A stretch of DNA of 64,000 nt, taken from assembly GCA_045543655.1 (NCBI GenBank), contig JAZPXN010000084.1, forward strand, positions 47,326 to 111,325, read 5' to 3'. Of this stretch, positions 25,156-35,491 are shown piece after piece. How positions within the stretch are numbered: the first letter of the stretch is position 1; every line of letters starts with the position of its first letter. The notes below the pieces were generated by a model. That model was not told the origin of the DNA and made no database searches. It saw only the letters and a program-made list of their open reading frames with translations. Position numbers and translations under genes: made by a program. Source of the DNA: Eubacteriales bacterium (GTDB lineage Bacteria; Bacillota; Clostridia; Oscillospirales; UBA644).

Positions 25156-26655
25156 TTACATATTTTCCAGAACGAACTTCTCAAATGCGGCGGCGCCTTC
25201 TGCCGTTTCCGGGAATACGGCGGTGTTCTTCAGAATCTCGAAGCAGACCTCGTTGATCCGCTGACGAATCGCTTCCTTCGCCTCCTCCTCGGTCAGGGCG
25301 TTGCCGTGACGGGACAGAAGCAGAGCGATCATATCGGCGTGTACCTTCATATCCTCCGCAAGGGCGGCGGGATCGTAGGGTTTGCCGCAGAGGTATTGCA
25401 CCGCTTCGGAGAACAACTGACGGTTCAGGCGGGCAGGCAGAATAAACCGACCCATAGCCTCAATCAGACCGATGCTCTCTTTTTTGATATTGTGATATTC
25501 GGGGTGGGCGTGGAAGATACCGTCGGGATATTCGTCGTTCGCCCGGTTGTTCCGAAGGATCAGATCCACGGCGTAGCCGGTTTCGGTCTTGCGGACGATG
25601 GGAGAACTGGAATTGTGGATCTCCCCGTCGGTCTCGGACAGAATTCCAAGATCCCCGTTATTATAGCCCTTCCAGGCCTCGATGACCCGGGAGGCGGATT
25701 CGATCAGCGCGGCACGGTCGGCCGATTCGAAGCGGACGGTGGAGTTCAGCCATTCCACGATGCTGACCGTAACGGCGGCGCCGGGAGCGGAAAGAACCTT
25801 CCGGACACCGGCAGACTGCATGGGCATCTTTTCCAGACCGCCCTGATAATGATCGTGCACCAAAAGGGATCCGCCGATGCGGGGCAGGGCCGCGTTGGAG
25901 CCGATGAAATAATGAGGATACTGATCGACGAAATCCACCAGCCGGCGAAGGGCGGTAGCGTTTACGATCATGGGCGTATGTTCGGTATTGATGATAATAG
26001 CGTGCTGATAATAATAAGCGTAGGGAGAGAACTGCCAGAAGCAGGGCTGACCGTCGAGCGTCACGTCGATGGTGCGCAGAGTATCCCGGACGGTACCGTG
26101 ACCGGAAAACCCTTCGTTAGAACGGCAGATGGCGCAGGAGGGATAGCCGGATGCCTTCTTCTTCAGGGAAGCGGCGGTTTTTTTGTTATCGACTTCCGGC
26201 TTGGAAAGGTTGACGGTGATCACAAGCTCCCGCTTGCCGTCGTTGGCATCCCAACGGAGATTTTTCTCAATGGCAGAGCGCTTGACGTAATCGTTCTTTT
26301 CGCAATAATCGTGGAACCAATCGGTGGCGGCCACGGGGTCCTCGGCCTTTTTGGCTTCGAAGATTTTTTGCAATTCCGAGGGACGCAGAGAGACGGTATC
26401 CATCAGCCGGGCGGAAAACGCTTCGGTCTGATGAGCTTCGATCACGCCGTTTTCAAGGGCGTATTCAAGAATGGGGGCAAGAATAGCGTCGGGTCCGGTC
26501 ATGCCCTCCACGGAGGGGATCTCTTCTTCGGGGCCGCAATCCTCCAGATTCAACAGAAAAAGCAGGCGGTTGAAGGCGTAAAGTTCGTCCCGGGGATCAA
26601 GCATCAGATAGGCTTTGGCGTAATTTACTAATTGTCTAAGGATAGTCTGGATCAT
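25156..26655 (-). CDS. galT: UDP-glucose--hexose-1-phosphate uridylyltransferase (type 2, Firmicutes-type)
   Basis: ~500-aa GalT type-2 architecture with a characteristic N-terminus (LVNYAKAYLMLDPRDELYAFNRLL). Confidence 0.85.
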   Translation of the reverse strand: MIQTILRQLVNYAKAYLMLDPRDELYAFNRLLFLLNLEDCGPEEEIPSVEGMTGPDAILAPILEYALENGVIEAHQTEAFSARLMDTVSLRPSELQKIFEAKKAEDPVAATDWFHDYCEKNDYVKRSAIEKNLRWDANDGKRELVITVNLSKPEVDNKKTAASLKKKASGYPSCAICRSNEGFSGHGTVRDTLRTIDVTLDGQPCFWQFSPYAYYYQHAIIINTEHTPMIVNATALRRLVDFVDQYPHYFIGSNAALPRIGGSLLVHDHYQGGLEKMPMQSAGVRKVLSAPGAAVTVSIVEWLNSTVRFESADRAALIESASRVIEAWKGYNNGDLGILSETDGEIHNSSSPIVRKTETGYAVDLILRNNRANDEYPDGIFHAHPEYHNIKKESIGLIEAMGRFILPARLNRQLFSEAVQYLCGKPYDPAALAEDMKVHADMIALLLSRHGNALTEEEAKEAIRQRINEVCFEILKNTAVFPETAEGAAAFEKFVLENM

Positions 26656-26735
26656 TGGCGGTCTTCCTTTCGTTTATACCTTATTATTATACCGCACTTT
26701 TTTCCATTTGTCAACGGAAAAGATAGAAAATTCTG

Positions 26736-28577
26736 TTACTTTTTTGATAAAGTACGCATGGCGTTGAGAATTGCGATGACCGAAACTCCCACGTCGGCAA
26801 ACACGGCGTGCCACATGTTTGCAATCCCTAAGGCACACAGAATCATCACCAACACCTTGACGCCGATGGAGAAGATCATATTCTGCAATACGATCCGGTG
26901 GGTCTTCCGGGCAAGGGACACGGCTTTGGGGAGGGCGGAAAGGTCGTCGTGCATCAAAACCACGTCGGCGGCTTCGATGGCGGCGTCGGATCCGATGCCT
27001 CCCATAGCGATCCCTACGTCGGCGGCGGCCAGGACGGGAGCGTCGTTCATACCGTCTCCCACGAAGGCAACGTGCCCCTTTCCTCCGGCGGCCAGAGCGG
27101 TGAGGGCGTTGACCTTATCCTGGGGCAAGAGCCGGGCGCGGTAATCGCCCACGCCGGCCTTCTCAGCCACTTCCGCAGCGGCAGAGGGTTCGTCCCCCGT
27201 CAGCATCACGGTGCGGCGAATCCCCAATTTTTTCAGTTCGGCCAAAGCGGCGGGGGCGTTTTCCTTTAACCGGTCGGAAATGGTGATGACGCCGAGGCAT
27301 TTTTCCCCGTCGGCCAAATACACGTGAGTGCCTGAGCGAGAGGGAGAAGGTACGGCGTATTCCATGCGAATCATCCAGGCTTCGTTGCCTACGAAATACC
27401 CGACGCCGTCCACCGTTGCGGAGACGCCGGAGCCGGGGATCTCCTCAAAAGCGGAGATCCGCGCCTCCTCCAGAGGTCTCCCCCATCCTTCCCGCAAAGA
27501 ACGGGCGATGGGATGATTGGAAAACTGCTCGCACAAGGCGGCAATCTCAAGGATCTTTTCGGGATCGTCCCCTTCGACGACAGAGACCTCGAAGACGCCT
27601 TCGGTCAGAGTCCCGGTCTTATCGAAGATTACCGTATCGACTTTCGCCAGCATTTCCAGCCGGTCGGAGCCCTTGACCAGGATTCCCCGCCGGGAGGCGC
27701 CGCCGATGCCGCCGAAATAGGTCAGAGGAACGGAAATGACCAAAGCGCAGGGGCAGGAGACCACCAGAAATTCCAGGGCGCGGTAGATCCAGGTCGACCA
27801 GGCGCCCCCGAATAAGGGCGGCAACAGAGCCACCAGAACCGCCGCACCCAACACCGCCGGAGTATACCAGCGGGCAAAGGAGGTGACGAAGGACTCGGTC
27901 TTCGCCCGGTGAGCGGTGGCATCCTCCACCAAAGAAAGGATCCGGGAAGCGGTGCTTTCGCCAAATTCTTTTTCGACACGAAGGACGAGAACGCCGGTGA
28001 GATTGACGCATCCGCTCAAAATTTCGTCTCCCACGCCTACGTCCCGGGGGATCGATTCTCCGGTCAGAGAGCGGGTGTCGAGAGAAGACGCCCCTTCGGT
28101 GACGGTGCCGTCGAGGGGGATCTTTTCCCCCGGCAAAACCCGGACGAGATCTCCGATCTGCACCTCGTCGGGAAAGACGGTGACCCATTCGCCGCTTCGG
28201 AAAACGGTGGCCTCGTCGGGACAGAGGGTCATCAATTCCGCCACGGATTCCCGGCTTTTGCCCACGGCGTAGGATTCAAACAATTCCCCCACCCGGTAAA
28301 AGAGCATGACGGCGATGCCTTCGGGGAATTCGCCCAAAACGAAGGCACCCACGGAGGCGATGGCCATGAGGAAATTTTCGTCCATCATCTGCCCCCGGAG
28401 GACCGAAAGAACCGCCTGCTTCAGCACCGGAAAGCCCACGAACAGATAGGGAATTACAAAAACGGCGGCCTTGAAATACCACGCGTCCGGCAAAAAGAAG
28501 GATGCCGTCAGCGCCGCAACGAAAAGTCCTGCGGAGATCAGAATCTCCCGCAGCATTCGTTTCTGCTTCTTGTTCAT
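26736..28577 (-). CDS. cadA: heavy-metal (Cd/Zn/Co-type) translocating P1B-type ATPase
   Basis: CPC motif (VSCPCALVISVP), phosphorylation site FDKTGTLTEG, and hinge GDGMNDAPVLAAADVGIAMG. Confidence 0.9.
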   Translation of the reverse strand: MNKKQKRMLREILISAGLFVAALTASFFLPDAWYFKAAVFVIPYLFVGFPVLKQAVLSVLRGQMMDENFLMAIASVGAFVLGEFPEGIAVMLFYRVGELFESYAVGKSRESVAELMTLCPDEATVFRSGEWVTVFPDEVQIGDLVRVLPGEKIPLDGTVTEGASSLDTRSLTGESIPRDVGVGDEILSGCVNLTGVLVLRVEKEFGESTASRILSLVEDATAHRAKTESFVTSFARWYTPAVLGAAVLVALLPPLFGGAWSTWIYRALEFLVVSCPCALVISVPLTYFGGIGGASRRGILVKGSDRLEMLAKVDTVIFDKTGTLTEGVFEVSVVEGDDPEKILEIAALCEQFSNHPIARSLREGWGRPLEEARISAFEEIPGSGVSATVDGVGYFVGNEAWMIRMEYAVPSPSRSGTHVYLADGEKCLGVITISDRLKENAPAALAELKKLGIRRTVMLTGDEPSAAAEVAEKAGVGDYRARLLPQDKVNALTALAAGGKGHVAFVGDGMNDAPVLAAADVGIAMGGIGSDAAIEAADVVLMHDDLSALPKAVSLARKTHRIVLQNMIFSIGVKVLVMILCALGIANMWHAVFADVGVSVIAILNAMRTLSKK

Positions 28578-28792
28578 CCCACGATCTCACAATCCGGCTC
28601 AACCTTCCGGGCGATCCTGCGAGCATCGGAAAGCACCTCGTCCAGGCGACCGTCTTCCACTTCCAGATTCAGCTTCTGCACCATAAAAAGGATCTTGGCG
28701 TCGATGACGCCGGGGATTTTTTTAATATTGTCTTCGATCTTGCGGGCGCAGTTGGCGCAGCAAAGGTTCTGAATGCGATAGGATTTTTTCAT
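28574..28792 (-). CDS. heavy-metal-associated (HMA) domain protein, translationally coupled to the ATPase
   Basis: YRIQNLCCANCARKIE metal-binding loop. Its stop overlaps the ATPase ATG (ATGA). Confidence 0.8.
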   Translation of the reverse strand: MKKSYRIQNLCCANCARKIEDNIKKIPGVIDAKILFMVQKLNLEVEDGRLDEVLSDARRIARKVEPDCEIVG

Positions 28793-28816
28793 GACGTTTT
28801 ACTCCTTATTTCTCTC

Positions 28817-29191
28817 TTATTCTTCAATGTGATTCATGCCCTGACCGATGATGGTGCGGACGTGATCGTCGGCGAGGGAATAAAAGACGGTCTTCCCTTC
28901 CCGGCGAGATTTGACGAGGCGGGCCTGCTTCAGCACCCGAAGCTGATGAGAAATGGCCGAGGTGGTCATATTCAGGCATTGGGCGATGTCGCAGACGCAA
29001 ACTTCGGCTTCAAACAGCACGTACAAAATCTTGATCCGGGTGGAATCCCCGAAGGTTTTGTACAGCTCCGCCAGGTCGTAAAGGGTCTCGTCGGGGGGCA
29101 TATTGCCCCGCACCTTCTCCACCAGATCGGGGTGAACGTGGAGATAATCGCAGGTTTCGTTTTCGGCACAGAAGTGATCATGCTCTGCCAT
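28817..29191 (-). CDS. ArsR/SmtB-family metalloregulator (CadC-like)
   Basis: Metal-sensing and HTH region EVCVCDIAQCLNMTTSAISHQLRVLKQARLV. Start at ATG 29191 with a GAAAGGAG SD. Confidence 0.85.
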   Translation of the reverse strand: MAEHDHFCAENETCDYLHVHPDLVEKVRGNMPPDETLYDLAELYKTFGDSTRIKILYVLFEAEVCVCDIAQCLNMTTSAISHQLRVLKQARLVKSRREGKTVFYSLADDHVRTIIGQGMNHIEE

Positions 29192-29260
29192 AAAAAGGCT
29201 CCTTTCGAAAAGCGTGGGGCGGCTTCGGGGCTCCGCAATTGCCGCTCCCACAAAAAAACA

Positions 29261-29331
29261 TTTGAATAACTGTTCAACTGTATTATACTCCCCCGCCCCG
29301 CAAATGTCAATACGTTTGAGCAACTGTTCAA
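29261..29331 (-). promoter_or_regulatory. cad-operon promoter (TTGACA-17-TATAAT) bracketed by two inverted-repeat operators
   Basis: The minus strand reads TTGACA (29310-29305), a 17-nt spacer, then TATAAT (29287-29282). Palindromes tttgaataactgttcaa (29261-29277) and tttgagcaactgttcaaa (29314-29331) flank it, as expected for ArsR-type operators. Confidence 0.7.
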
Positions 29332-29391
29332 ATGATTGTCACAAAAAACAGCACAGTTGGCAATTCATTCATTTTATGCTATAATTTTGTT

Positions 29392-29486
29392 AAATGGCAG
29401 GTGGGAATACACTTATGAGTTGTCTTAGAATCTAACGGTTTTTATACAAAAGGAGATCCCCTTTTTCGAGGGGATCTCCGTTTTTT
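29392..29486 (+). ncRNA. candidate ~95-nt small RNA (orphan promoter to terminator)
   Basis: TTGGCA (29357-29362), a 17-nt spacer and TATAAT (29380-29385) on the plus strand. No plausible CDS follows (only a 6-codon ORF). Transcription would end at the hairpin/T-tract at 29452-29486. Confidence 0.35.
29452..29486. terminator. bidirectional intrinsic terminator (end of the pur-fhs-rdgB unit)
   Basis: ggagatcccc-tttttcga-ggggatctcc with T-runs on both strands. Confidence 0.8.
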
Positions 29487-29504
29487 ATGATTGCGGTTGA
29501 GGGG

Positions 29505-30098
29505 TCAGGCGTCTTTTTCGCCGCGGTTGAGTTTTTCGACCAAGGCGTTCAAGGCTTTGGCCCGGTGGCTGATGCGGTTTTTCTCCTCGGGGGAGATTTC
29601 CGCGGAGGTTTTGCCGTATTCGGGCAGGAAGAAGATGGGGTCGTAGCCGAAGCCGTTTTCGCCCCGGGGGGTGTCGATGACCTGGCCGTGCATCTCCCCT
29701 TCCGCCGAGACGGTGGTGCCGTCGGGGTAGGCTAAAACGATGGCGCAGGCGTAGTGGGCGGATTTGTCCGCTTTGTCCCGGAGATTTTTGATGAGCAACT
29801 GATTGTTGGCCTCATCGTTTCCGTGGCCGCCGGAATAGCGGGCGGAATAGACCCCCGGTTCCCCGTTCAGGGCGTGGGCGCAGATGCCGCTGTCGTCGGC
29901 GATGGCACAGCAACCGGAGATTTCGGCGATCTCTACCGCTTTTTTCCGGGCGTTCTGCAGGAAGGTGACGCCGTCCTCGACGGTATCGTGATCGATGCCG
30001 GCTTCCCGGAGGGAAAGGATCTCTTCGAAGCGATCACCCAGAATCTGCTTGATCTCCCGGATCTTGTGGGCGTTATTGGATGCAATGATCAATTTCAT
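29505..30098 (-). CDS. rdgB: XTP/dITP diphosphatase (non-canonical purine NTP pyrophosphatase)
   Basis: MKLIIASNNAHKIREIKQIL and FGYDPIFF motifs of the Ham1/RdgB family. Confidence 0.9.
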   Translation of the reverse strand: MKLIIASNNAHKIREIKQILGDRFEEILSLREAGIDHDTVEDGVTFLQNARKKAVEIAEISGCCAIADDSGICAHALNGEPGVYSARYSGGHGNDEANNQLLIKNLRDKADKSAHYACAIVLAYPDGTTVSAEGEMHGQVIDTPRGENGFGYDPIFFLPEYGKTSAEISPEEKNRISHRAKALNALVEKLNRGEKDA

Positions 30099-30101
30099 AG
30101 C

Positions 30102-31778
30102 TTAGAACAACCCCGTAATCAGCCCGTCCTCGTTGACGTCGATGCGTTCTGCGGCGGGAACCTTGGGAAGACCGGGCATGGTCATAATATCCCCGGTCAG
30201 CACAACGATAAAGCCGGCGCCGGCGGAAACCTTGACGTTGCGGACGGTGACGGTAAATCCTTCGGGAGCGCCCAGCTTGGTGGGATCGTCGGAGAAGGAA
30301 TACTGGGTCTTGGCCACGCAGATGGGCAGATTGCCGAAGCCCAGCTCGGTCAGCTTGGCGATCTGAGCCTTGGCCGCAGGAACGATAGAAACGCCGTCGC
30401 CGCCGTAAACCTTGCGGACGACCGCTTCGATACGGTCTTCAATGGTACCGTCAAGATCGTAGGCGAAGGTGAAATTGCCCTTCTCCTCGTCGCAGAGCCG
30501 AACCACTTCCTTGGCCAGCTCCACGCCGCCGTTGCCGCCGTTGGCCCAGACGGTGGACAGGACGGTATTGACGCCCAGCTCCCGGCACTTGGCAACGATG
30601 AAATCGATTTCCGCATCGGTATCGGTGGGGAACCGGTTGACGGCAACTACGCAGGGCAGTTGATAGACGTATTTGATATTGGAAACGTGGCGCAGGAGGT
30701 TGGGAATCCCCTTTTCAAGGGCTTCCAGATCCTCGTTATTCAGTTCGGTTTTGGCTCTGCCGCCGTGCATCTTCAGAGCGCGGACGGTGGCAACCACCAC
30801 CACGGCGTCGGGGGTAAGACCGGCGGTGCGGCACTTAATATCCAGGAATTTTTCCGCACCCAGATCTCCGCCGAAGCCGGCCTCGGTGACGGCGTAATCG
30901 CCCAGCTTCATAGCAAGCTTGGTGGCGGTGACGGAGTTACAGCCGTGGGCGATATTGGCGAAGGGGCCGCCGTGAACGAGAGCGGGCGTGCCTTCGAGGG
31001 TCTGCACCAGATTGGGCTTGAGAGCGTCCTTCAGAAGGGCCGCCATCGCCCCCTGAGCCTTCAGATCAGCGCAGGTAACGGGCTTATCGTCATAGGTATA
31101 GCCTACGATAATGCGGGAGAGGCGCTCCTTCAGCTCGGTAATGGAGCCGGAGAGGCAGAGGACGGCCATAATCTCGGAGGCGACGGTGATATCGAAGCCG
31201 TCTTCCCGGGGAACGCCGTTGACCTTGCCGCCCAGACCGTCGGTGACGAAGCGAAGCTGGCGGTCGTTCATATCCACGCAACGCTTCCAAGTGATGCGGC
31301 GGGGATCGATATTCAGGGAATTGCCCTGATGAATATGGTTATCCAGCATGGCGGCCAGCAGATTGTTGGCAGCCCCGATCGCGTGGAAATCCCCGGTGAA
31401 GTGGAGGTTAATATCCTCCATGGGAACTACCTGAGCGTAACCGCCGCCGGCGGCGCCGCCCTTGACCCCGAACACGGGCCCGAGGGAAGGCTCACGAAGA
31501 GCGACCATAACGTTTTTGCCGATCTTGCGAAGGCCGTCCGCAAGGCCGATCGTAGTGGTGGTCTTCCCTTCTCCGGCGGGGGTGGGAGTCATGGCGGTGA
31601 CCAGGATCAGTTTGCCGTTTTTGCGGTCGCTTTCCTTCATGATGGAAAGGTCGATCTTGGCCTTATATTTGCCGTACTGCTCCAGATATTGATCGTCCAC
31701 ACCGGCAGTTTTGGCAATTTCGGTGATGGGGCGCAGCTTACACTGCTGAGCAATTTCGATATCGGAAAGATAAGCCAT
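30102..31778 (-). CDS. fhs: formate--tetrahydrofolate ligase
   Basis: P-loop [15 protein letters not shown], 558 aa, FTHFS family layout. Confidence 0.95.
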   Translation of the reverse strand: MAYLSDIEIAQQCKLRPITEIAKTAGVDDQYLEQYGKYKAKIDLSIMKESDRKNGKLILVTAMTPTPAGEGKTTTTIGLADGLRKIGKNVMVALREPSLGPVFGVKGGAAGGGYAQVVPMEDINLHFTGDFHAIGAANNLLAAMLDNHIHQGNSLNIDPRRITWKRCVDMNDRQLRFVTDGLGGKVNGVPREDGFDITVASEIMAVLCLSGSITELKERLSRIIVGYTYDDKPVTCADLKAQGAMAALLKDALKPNLVQTLEGTPALVHGGPFANIAHGCNSVTATKLAMKLGDYAVTEAGFGGDLGAEKFLDIKCRTAGLTPDAVVVVATVRALKMHGGRAKTELNNEDLEALEKGIPNLLRHVSNIKYVYQLPCVVAVNRFPTDTDAEIDFIVAKCRELGVNTVLSTVWANGGNGGVELAKEVVRLCDEEKGNFTFAYDLDGTIEDRIEAVVRKVYGGDGVSIVPAAKAQIAKLTELGFGNLPICVAKTQYSFSDDPTKLGAPEGFTVTVRNVKVSAGAGFIVVLTGDIMTMPGLPKVPAAERIDVNEDGLITGLF

Positions 31779-31791
31779 AGCAAAAATCTCC

Positions 31792-34700
31792 TTATTTCTT
31801 GAAATATTCCACCGCGGAGCGGAAGAGGTTCATATCGTATTCGCCGGGAACGTTGCGGTACAGGCCCTTGCCGATACGTTCGGAGTGACCCATCTTACCC
31901 AGTACGCGACCGTCGGGAGAGGTAATGCCCTCGATGGCGAAGACGGAACCGTTGGGGTTGAAGGAGGTATCGAGGGTGGGATTGCCGGCCAGGTCCACGT
32001 ACTGCGTGGCAATCTGTCCGTTTTCCGCCAGCTTTTTGACCAATTCGTCGGAGGCCAGGAAGCGGCCTTCCCCGTGGGAGATGGGAACGGTATAGATCTC
32101 TCCCACCTTGGTACCGGCAAGCCAGGGAGACTTGTTGGTGCAGACCCGGGTACGAACCAGCTTGGACTGGTGACGGCTGATGGTGTTATAGGTCAAGGTA
32201 GGACAATTTTCATCGGTATCGATGATCTTGCCGTAGGGCACGAGCCCCAGCTTGATCAGGGCCTGGAAGCCGTTGCAGATGCCAAGCATCAGACCGTCCC
32301 GGTCGTCGAGAAGACGGCCGACCTGCTCCTTGACCGCAGGATTGCGGAAGAAGGCGGTGATGAATTTTGCGGACCCGTCGGGTTCGTCGCCGCCGGAGAA
32401 TCCGCCGGGAAGGAAGACTATCTGGCTTTCGGCCAGTTTTCCGGAAACGATCTCAACGCTGCGGGCAACGTCGTCGGCGGTCAGATTGCGGATGACCACG
32501 ATCTCGGCCTCGGCGCCGGCAGCCTCCATGGCCTTGGCAGAATCGTATTCGCAGTTGGTGCCGGGGAATACGGGGATCAGCACCTTGGGACGGGCGCATT
32601 TGACGGCGGGGGCAGCGGTGCAGCCGTCGGTATAGGAGAAGGTTTTCAGTTCACTTTCCGCGGGAGCCTTGGTGGGATATACTCCTTCGAGAACCCCTTC
32701 GTTGACGGCAAGAAGCTCCGCTACGGAGACGGCTTCGTTGCCCAGATCAACGACGGCTTCTTCGGTGGTGGAACCGATCTTCAGAGCGTAAGAGCAATCG
32801 GTATCCTCGGTCAGCTCGGCCACGATGAAATCGTACATCATGACGTTATACCATTCCGTGACGGCGCCGTTGGACTTAAATCCGATCTCGTTGCCGAAGG
32901 ACATCTTCATAACCGCTTCGGCAAGGCCGTTTTCCACGGCCCAGGCGGCTTTCACCTTCCCCGCCTTGCAGAGATCGTGGAAGCATTCCCAGGCGGCCTT
33001 GGTAGAATCGGCGGTTTTATCCTTGGGCGCAAAGAGGTAGACGGGATGACCGGCTTCTTTAAATTCCGGAGAGATCACGTCACCGGCCTTGATGGGAGCG
33101 ATGGCGAAGGAGATGAGGGTGGGGGGAACGTCCTTATCCAGGAAGGTCCCGGACATGGAATCCTTTCCGCCGATGGCGGCGGCGTTCAACTCCAGCTGAG
33201 CGTCCATGGCACCCAGAAGGGCGGCCAGAGGCTTGCCCCAGCGGGCAGGCTCGGTGCGGAGCTTTTCAAAAAATTCCTGCAGGGTCAGATAGGCGGCCTT
33301 GTAATCGGCGCCGGCGGCGACGATCTTGGCCACGGAATTATAAACGGCGGCACGGGCTCCGGTATAAGGATCCACGCACATGGTATCGGGATCCAGCCCC
33401 CAGGCCATCACGCTGGCAGAGTCGGTGGTCTGCCCGGGAAGCGTGGGCAACAGGGCGGCCATCGCCTGAGCGGGGGTGCGCTGGGTCTTTCCGCCGAAGG
33501 GCATCAAAACGGAACCGGCGCCGATAGAACCGTCAAACCGTTCCACAAGGCCGCGGCGGCTTGCCGTCTTCAGATCGCCCGCCATATGACGGAGATCGGT
33601 ATAAAGGGCCTTGGAGAAAACCGAAAGATCCTTCGCGGTGACCTCGGCCACGGTATGCTTGTCCGCCCCGTTGGTATTCAAAAATGCGCGGGAGAGATCG
33701 GCGATGGTCTGCCCCTTCCAGGTCATGACCATACGGGCCTGCTCGGTGACGGTAGCCACCAGATAAGCCTCCAGATTTTCCGCTTCGGCATAGGAGATAA
33801 AGGTATCGGCGTCCTTTGCGTCCACCACGACGGCCATACGCTCCTGGGATTCGGAAATGGCAAGCTCCGTTCCGTCCAGCCCGTCGTACTTCTTGCGGAC
33901 GGCGTCAAGATCGATGCGAAGACCGTCGGCCAATTCGCCGATGGCAACCGAAACGCCGCCGGCACCGAAGTCGTTGCAGCGCTTGATCAGACGGGTAACC
34001 TTGGGGTCCCGGAAAAGACGCTGAATCTTCCGTTCCTCGGGGGCGTTCCCCTTCTGAACCTCGGAGGCCATGGTGGTGAGAGATTTCATATTATGGCTCT
34101 TGGAAGAACCGGTAGCACCGCCGATTCCGTCCCGGCCGGTGCGTCCGCCGAGCAGGATCACCACGTCCCCGGCTTCGGGGCATTCCCGACGCACGTTATA
34201 CGCAGGAGCGGCGGCAACCACGGCACCGCACTCCAGGCGCTTGGCCACGTAGCCGTCGTGATAAACCTCCGCCACGTGTCCGGTGGCAAGGCCGATCTGA
34301 TTGCCGTAGGAGGAATAACCTGCGGCGGCGGTCTGACACAGCTTCCGCTGGGGAAGCTTGCCGGGAAGCGTATCGGCAAGAGAGGCTCTGGGATCGGCAG
34401 CCCCGGTGACCCGCATGGCCTGATGGACGTAAGCACGGCCGGACAGAGGATCCCGGATACAACCGCCGATACAGGTGGCAGCCCCGCCGAAGGGCTCAAT
34501 CTCGGTGGGATGGTTATGGGTTTCATTTTTGAACATCAGAAGCCAGTGCTGATCCTCACCGTTGATATTGGCGGTAACGTGGATGGAGCAGGCGTTGATT
34601 TCTTCGCTTTCGTCCAGTTCGGGAAGGACGCCCCGTTTTTTCAGGGTCTTGACGGCAATGGTAGCCACGTCCATCAGGGTCTGAGGACGCTTTGCGGCCT

Positions 34701-35481
34701 TCTCTTCCCCGTAAACCTCCACGCGGGCGGCCAGATAGCGCTCGTAGGCTTCGGCGACGGCAGGATCGTCAATCTTCACGCTGTCGATGTGGGTAGAGAA
34801 GGTGGTGTGGCGGCAATGGTCGGACCAATAGGTATCCACCACCCGGATCTCGGTGATGGTGGGATCCCGCTTTTCTTCGTTTTTGAAATAATTCTGCAAA
34901 AATTTCAGGTCGTCCAGATCCATGGCAAGGCCGAGGGTATCCAGAAGCTCGGAAAGCCCCTGTTCGTTCAGACCGATAAAGCCGTCCACGGTAGCGACGG
35001 TGGAGGGAATGGTATACTCCACGGCCAGGGTTTCGGGCTTATCCAGATCGGCCTCCCGGCTTTCCACGGCGTTGATGACGTAATTCTTAACGGCCCGGAT
35101 ATCCTCTTCGGTCAGGTCCCCGTCGAGAATATAAAGCTTCGCGGAGCGAACGGTGGGGCGGTCGCCCTGGCTCTGCAGCTGAATGCACTGGGCCGCGGAG
35201 TCCGCCCGCTGATCGAACTGGCCGGGGAGGGGTTCTACCGCAAAAACGGTCTCGCCCCGGGTCACGACGGTATCGGTGACGATATCCAGCTGAGGCTCGG
35301 AAAAGATGGTGCGGACGGCCTTTTCGAACAAGGCTTCGTCGATATTTTCCACGTCGTAACGGTTGACGATCCGAACGTTTTTCAAGGCCTTGATGCCGAC
35401 GGATTTTCTCAGCTCGGAGCAAAGCCCCTTTGCTTCGTGGGCCAGCTCCGGCCGCTTTTCAACGTAAACACGATAAACCAT
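31792..35481 (-). CDS. purL: phosphoribosylformylglycinamidine synthase, single-chain large form
   Basis: 1229 aa with the PurS-like, FGAM synthetase and C-terminal glutaminase (ICNGFQAL) domains all fused. Confidence 0.95.
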   Translation of the reverse strand: MVYRVYVEKRPELAHEAKGLCSELRKSVGIKALKNVRIVNRYDVENIDEALFEKAVRTIFSEPQLDIVTDTVVTRGETVFAVEPLPGQFDQRADSAAQCIQLQSQGDRPTVRSAKLYILDGDLTEEDIRAVKNYVINAVESREADLDKPETLAVEYTIPSTVATVDGFIGLNEQGLSELLDTLGLAMDLDDLKFLQNYFKNEEKRDPTITEIRVVDTYWSDHCRHTTFSTHIDSVKIDDPAVAEAYERYLAARVEVYGEEKAAKRPQTLMDVATIAVKTLKKRGVLPELDESEEINACSIHVTANINGEDQHWLLMFKNETHNHPTEIEPFGGAATCIGGCIRDPLSGRAYVHQAMRVTGAADPRASLADTLPGKLPQRKLCQTAAAGYSSYGNQIGLATGHVAEVYHDGYVAKRLECGAVVAAAPAYNVRRECPEAGDVVILLGGRTGRDGIGGATGSSKSHNMKSLTTMASEVQKGNAPEERKIQRLFRDPKVTRLIKRCNDFGAGGVSVAIGELADGLRIDLDAVRKKYDGLDGTELAISESQERMAVVVDAKDADTFISYAEAENLEAYLVATVTEQARMVMTWKGQTIADLSRAFLNTNGADKHTVAEVTAKDLSVFSKALYTDLRHMAGDLKTASRRGLVERFDGSIGAGSVLMPFGGKTQRTPAQAMAALLPTLPGQTTDSASVMAWGLDPDTMCVDPYTGARAAVYNSVAKIVAAGADYKAAYLTLQEFFEKLRTEPARWGKPLAALLGAMDAQLELNAAAIGGKDSMSGTFLDKDVPPTLISFAIAPIKAGDVISPEFKEAGHPVYLFAPKDKTADSTKAAWECFHDLCKAGKVKAAWAVENGLAEAVMKMSFGNEIGFKSNGAVTEWYNVMMYDFIVAELTEDTDCSYALKIGSTTEEAVVDLGNEAVSVAELLAVNEGVLEGVYPTKAPAESELKTFSYTDGCTAAPAVKCARPKVLIPVFPGTNCEYDSAKAMEAAGAEAEIVVIRNLTADDVARSVEIVSGKLAESQIVFLPGGFSGGDEPDGSAKFITAFFRNPAVKEQVGRLLDDRDGLMLGICNGFQALIKLGLVPYGKIIDTDENCPTLTYNTISRHQSKLVRTRVCTNKSPWLAGTKVGEIYTVPISHGEGRFLASDELVKKLAENGQIATQYVDLAGNPTLDTSFNPNGSVFAIEGITSPDGRVLGKMGHSERIGKGLYRNVPGEYDMNLFRSAVEYFKK

Positions 35482-35491
35482 AGTTGTCTCC

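Noticed and set aside
26736-28792. HMA protein plus ATPase as a frameshifted (pseudogenised) single cadA gene
   Set aside because: Both ORFs are intact and joined by a clean ATGA stop/start overlap. The ATPase part begins with a normal Met-Asn-Lys-Lys N-terminus. A two-gene, translationally coupled arrangement is the simpler reading, though ancestral fission cannot be excluded without homolog comparison.
29754-31802. 682-aa plus-strand ORF
   Set aside because: Antisense shadow of fhs and rdgB with low-complexity G/A/D-rich sequence. Other long ORFs were rejected for the same reason: 18739-20397, 22410-23990, 36119-37981, 38175-39206, 40037-41170, 41170-42423, 42567-43775, 43658-44806, 45791-47044, 50072-51451, 51472-53448, 53470-54528, 9678-10958, 13212-14450, 8446-9681 and 5283-6608.
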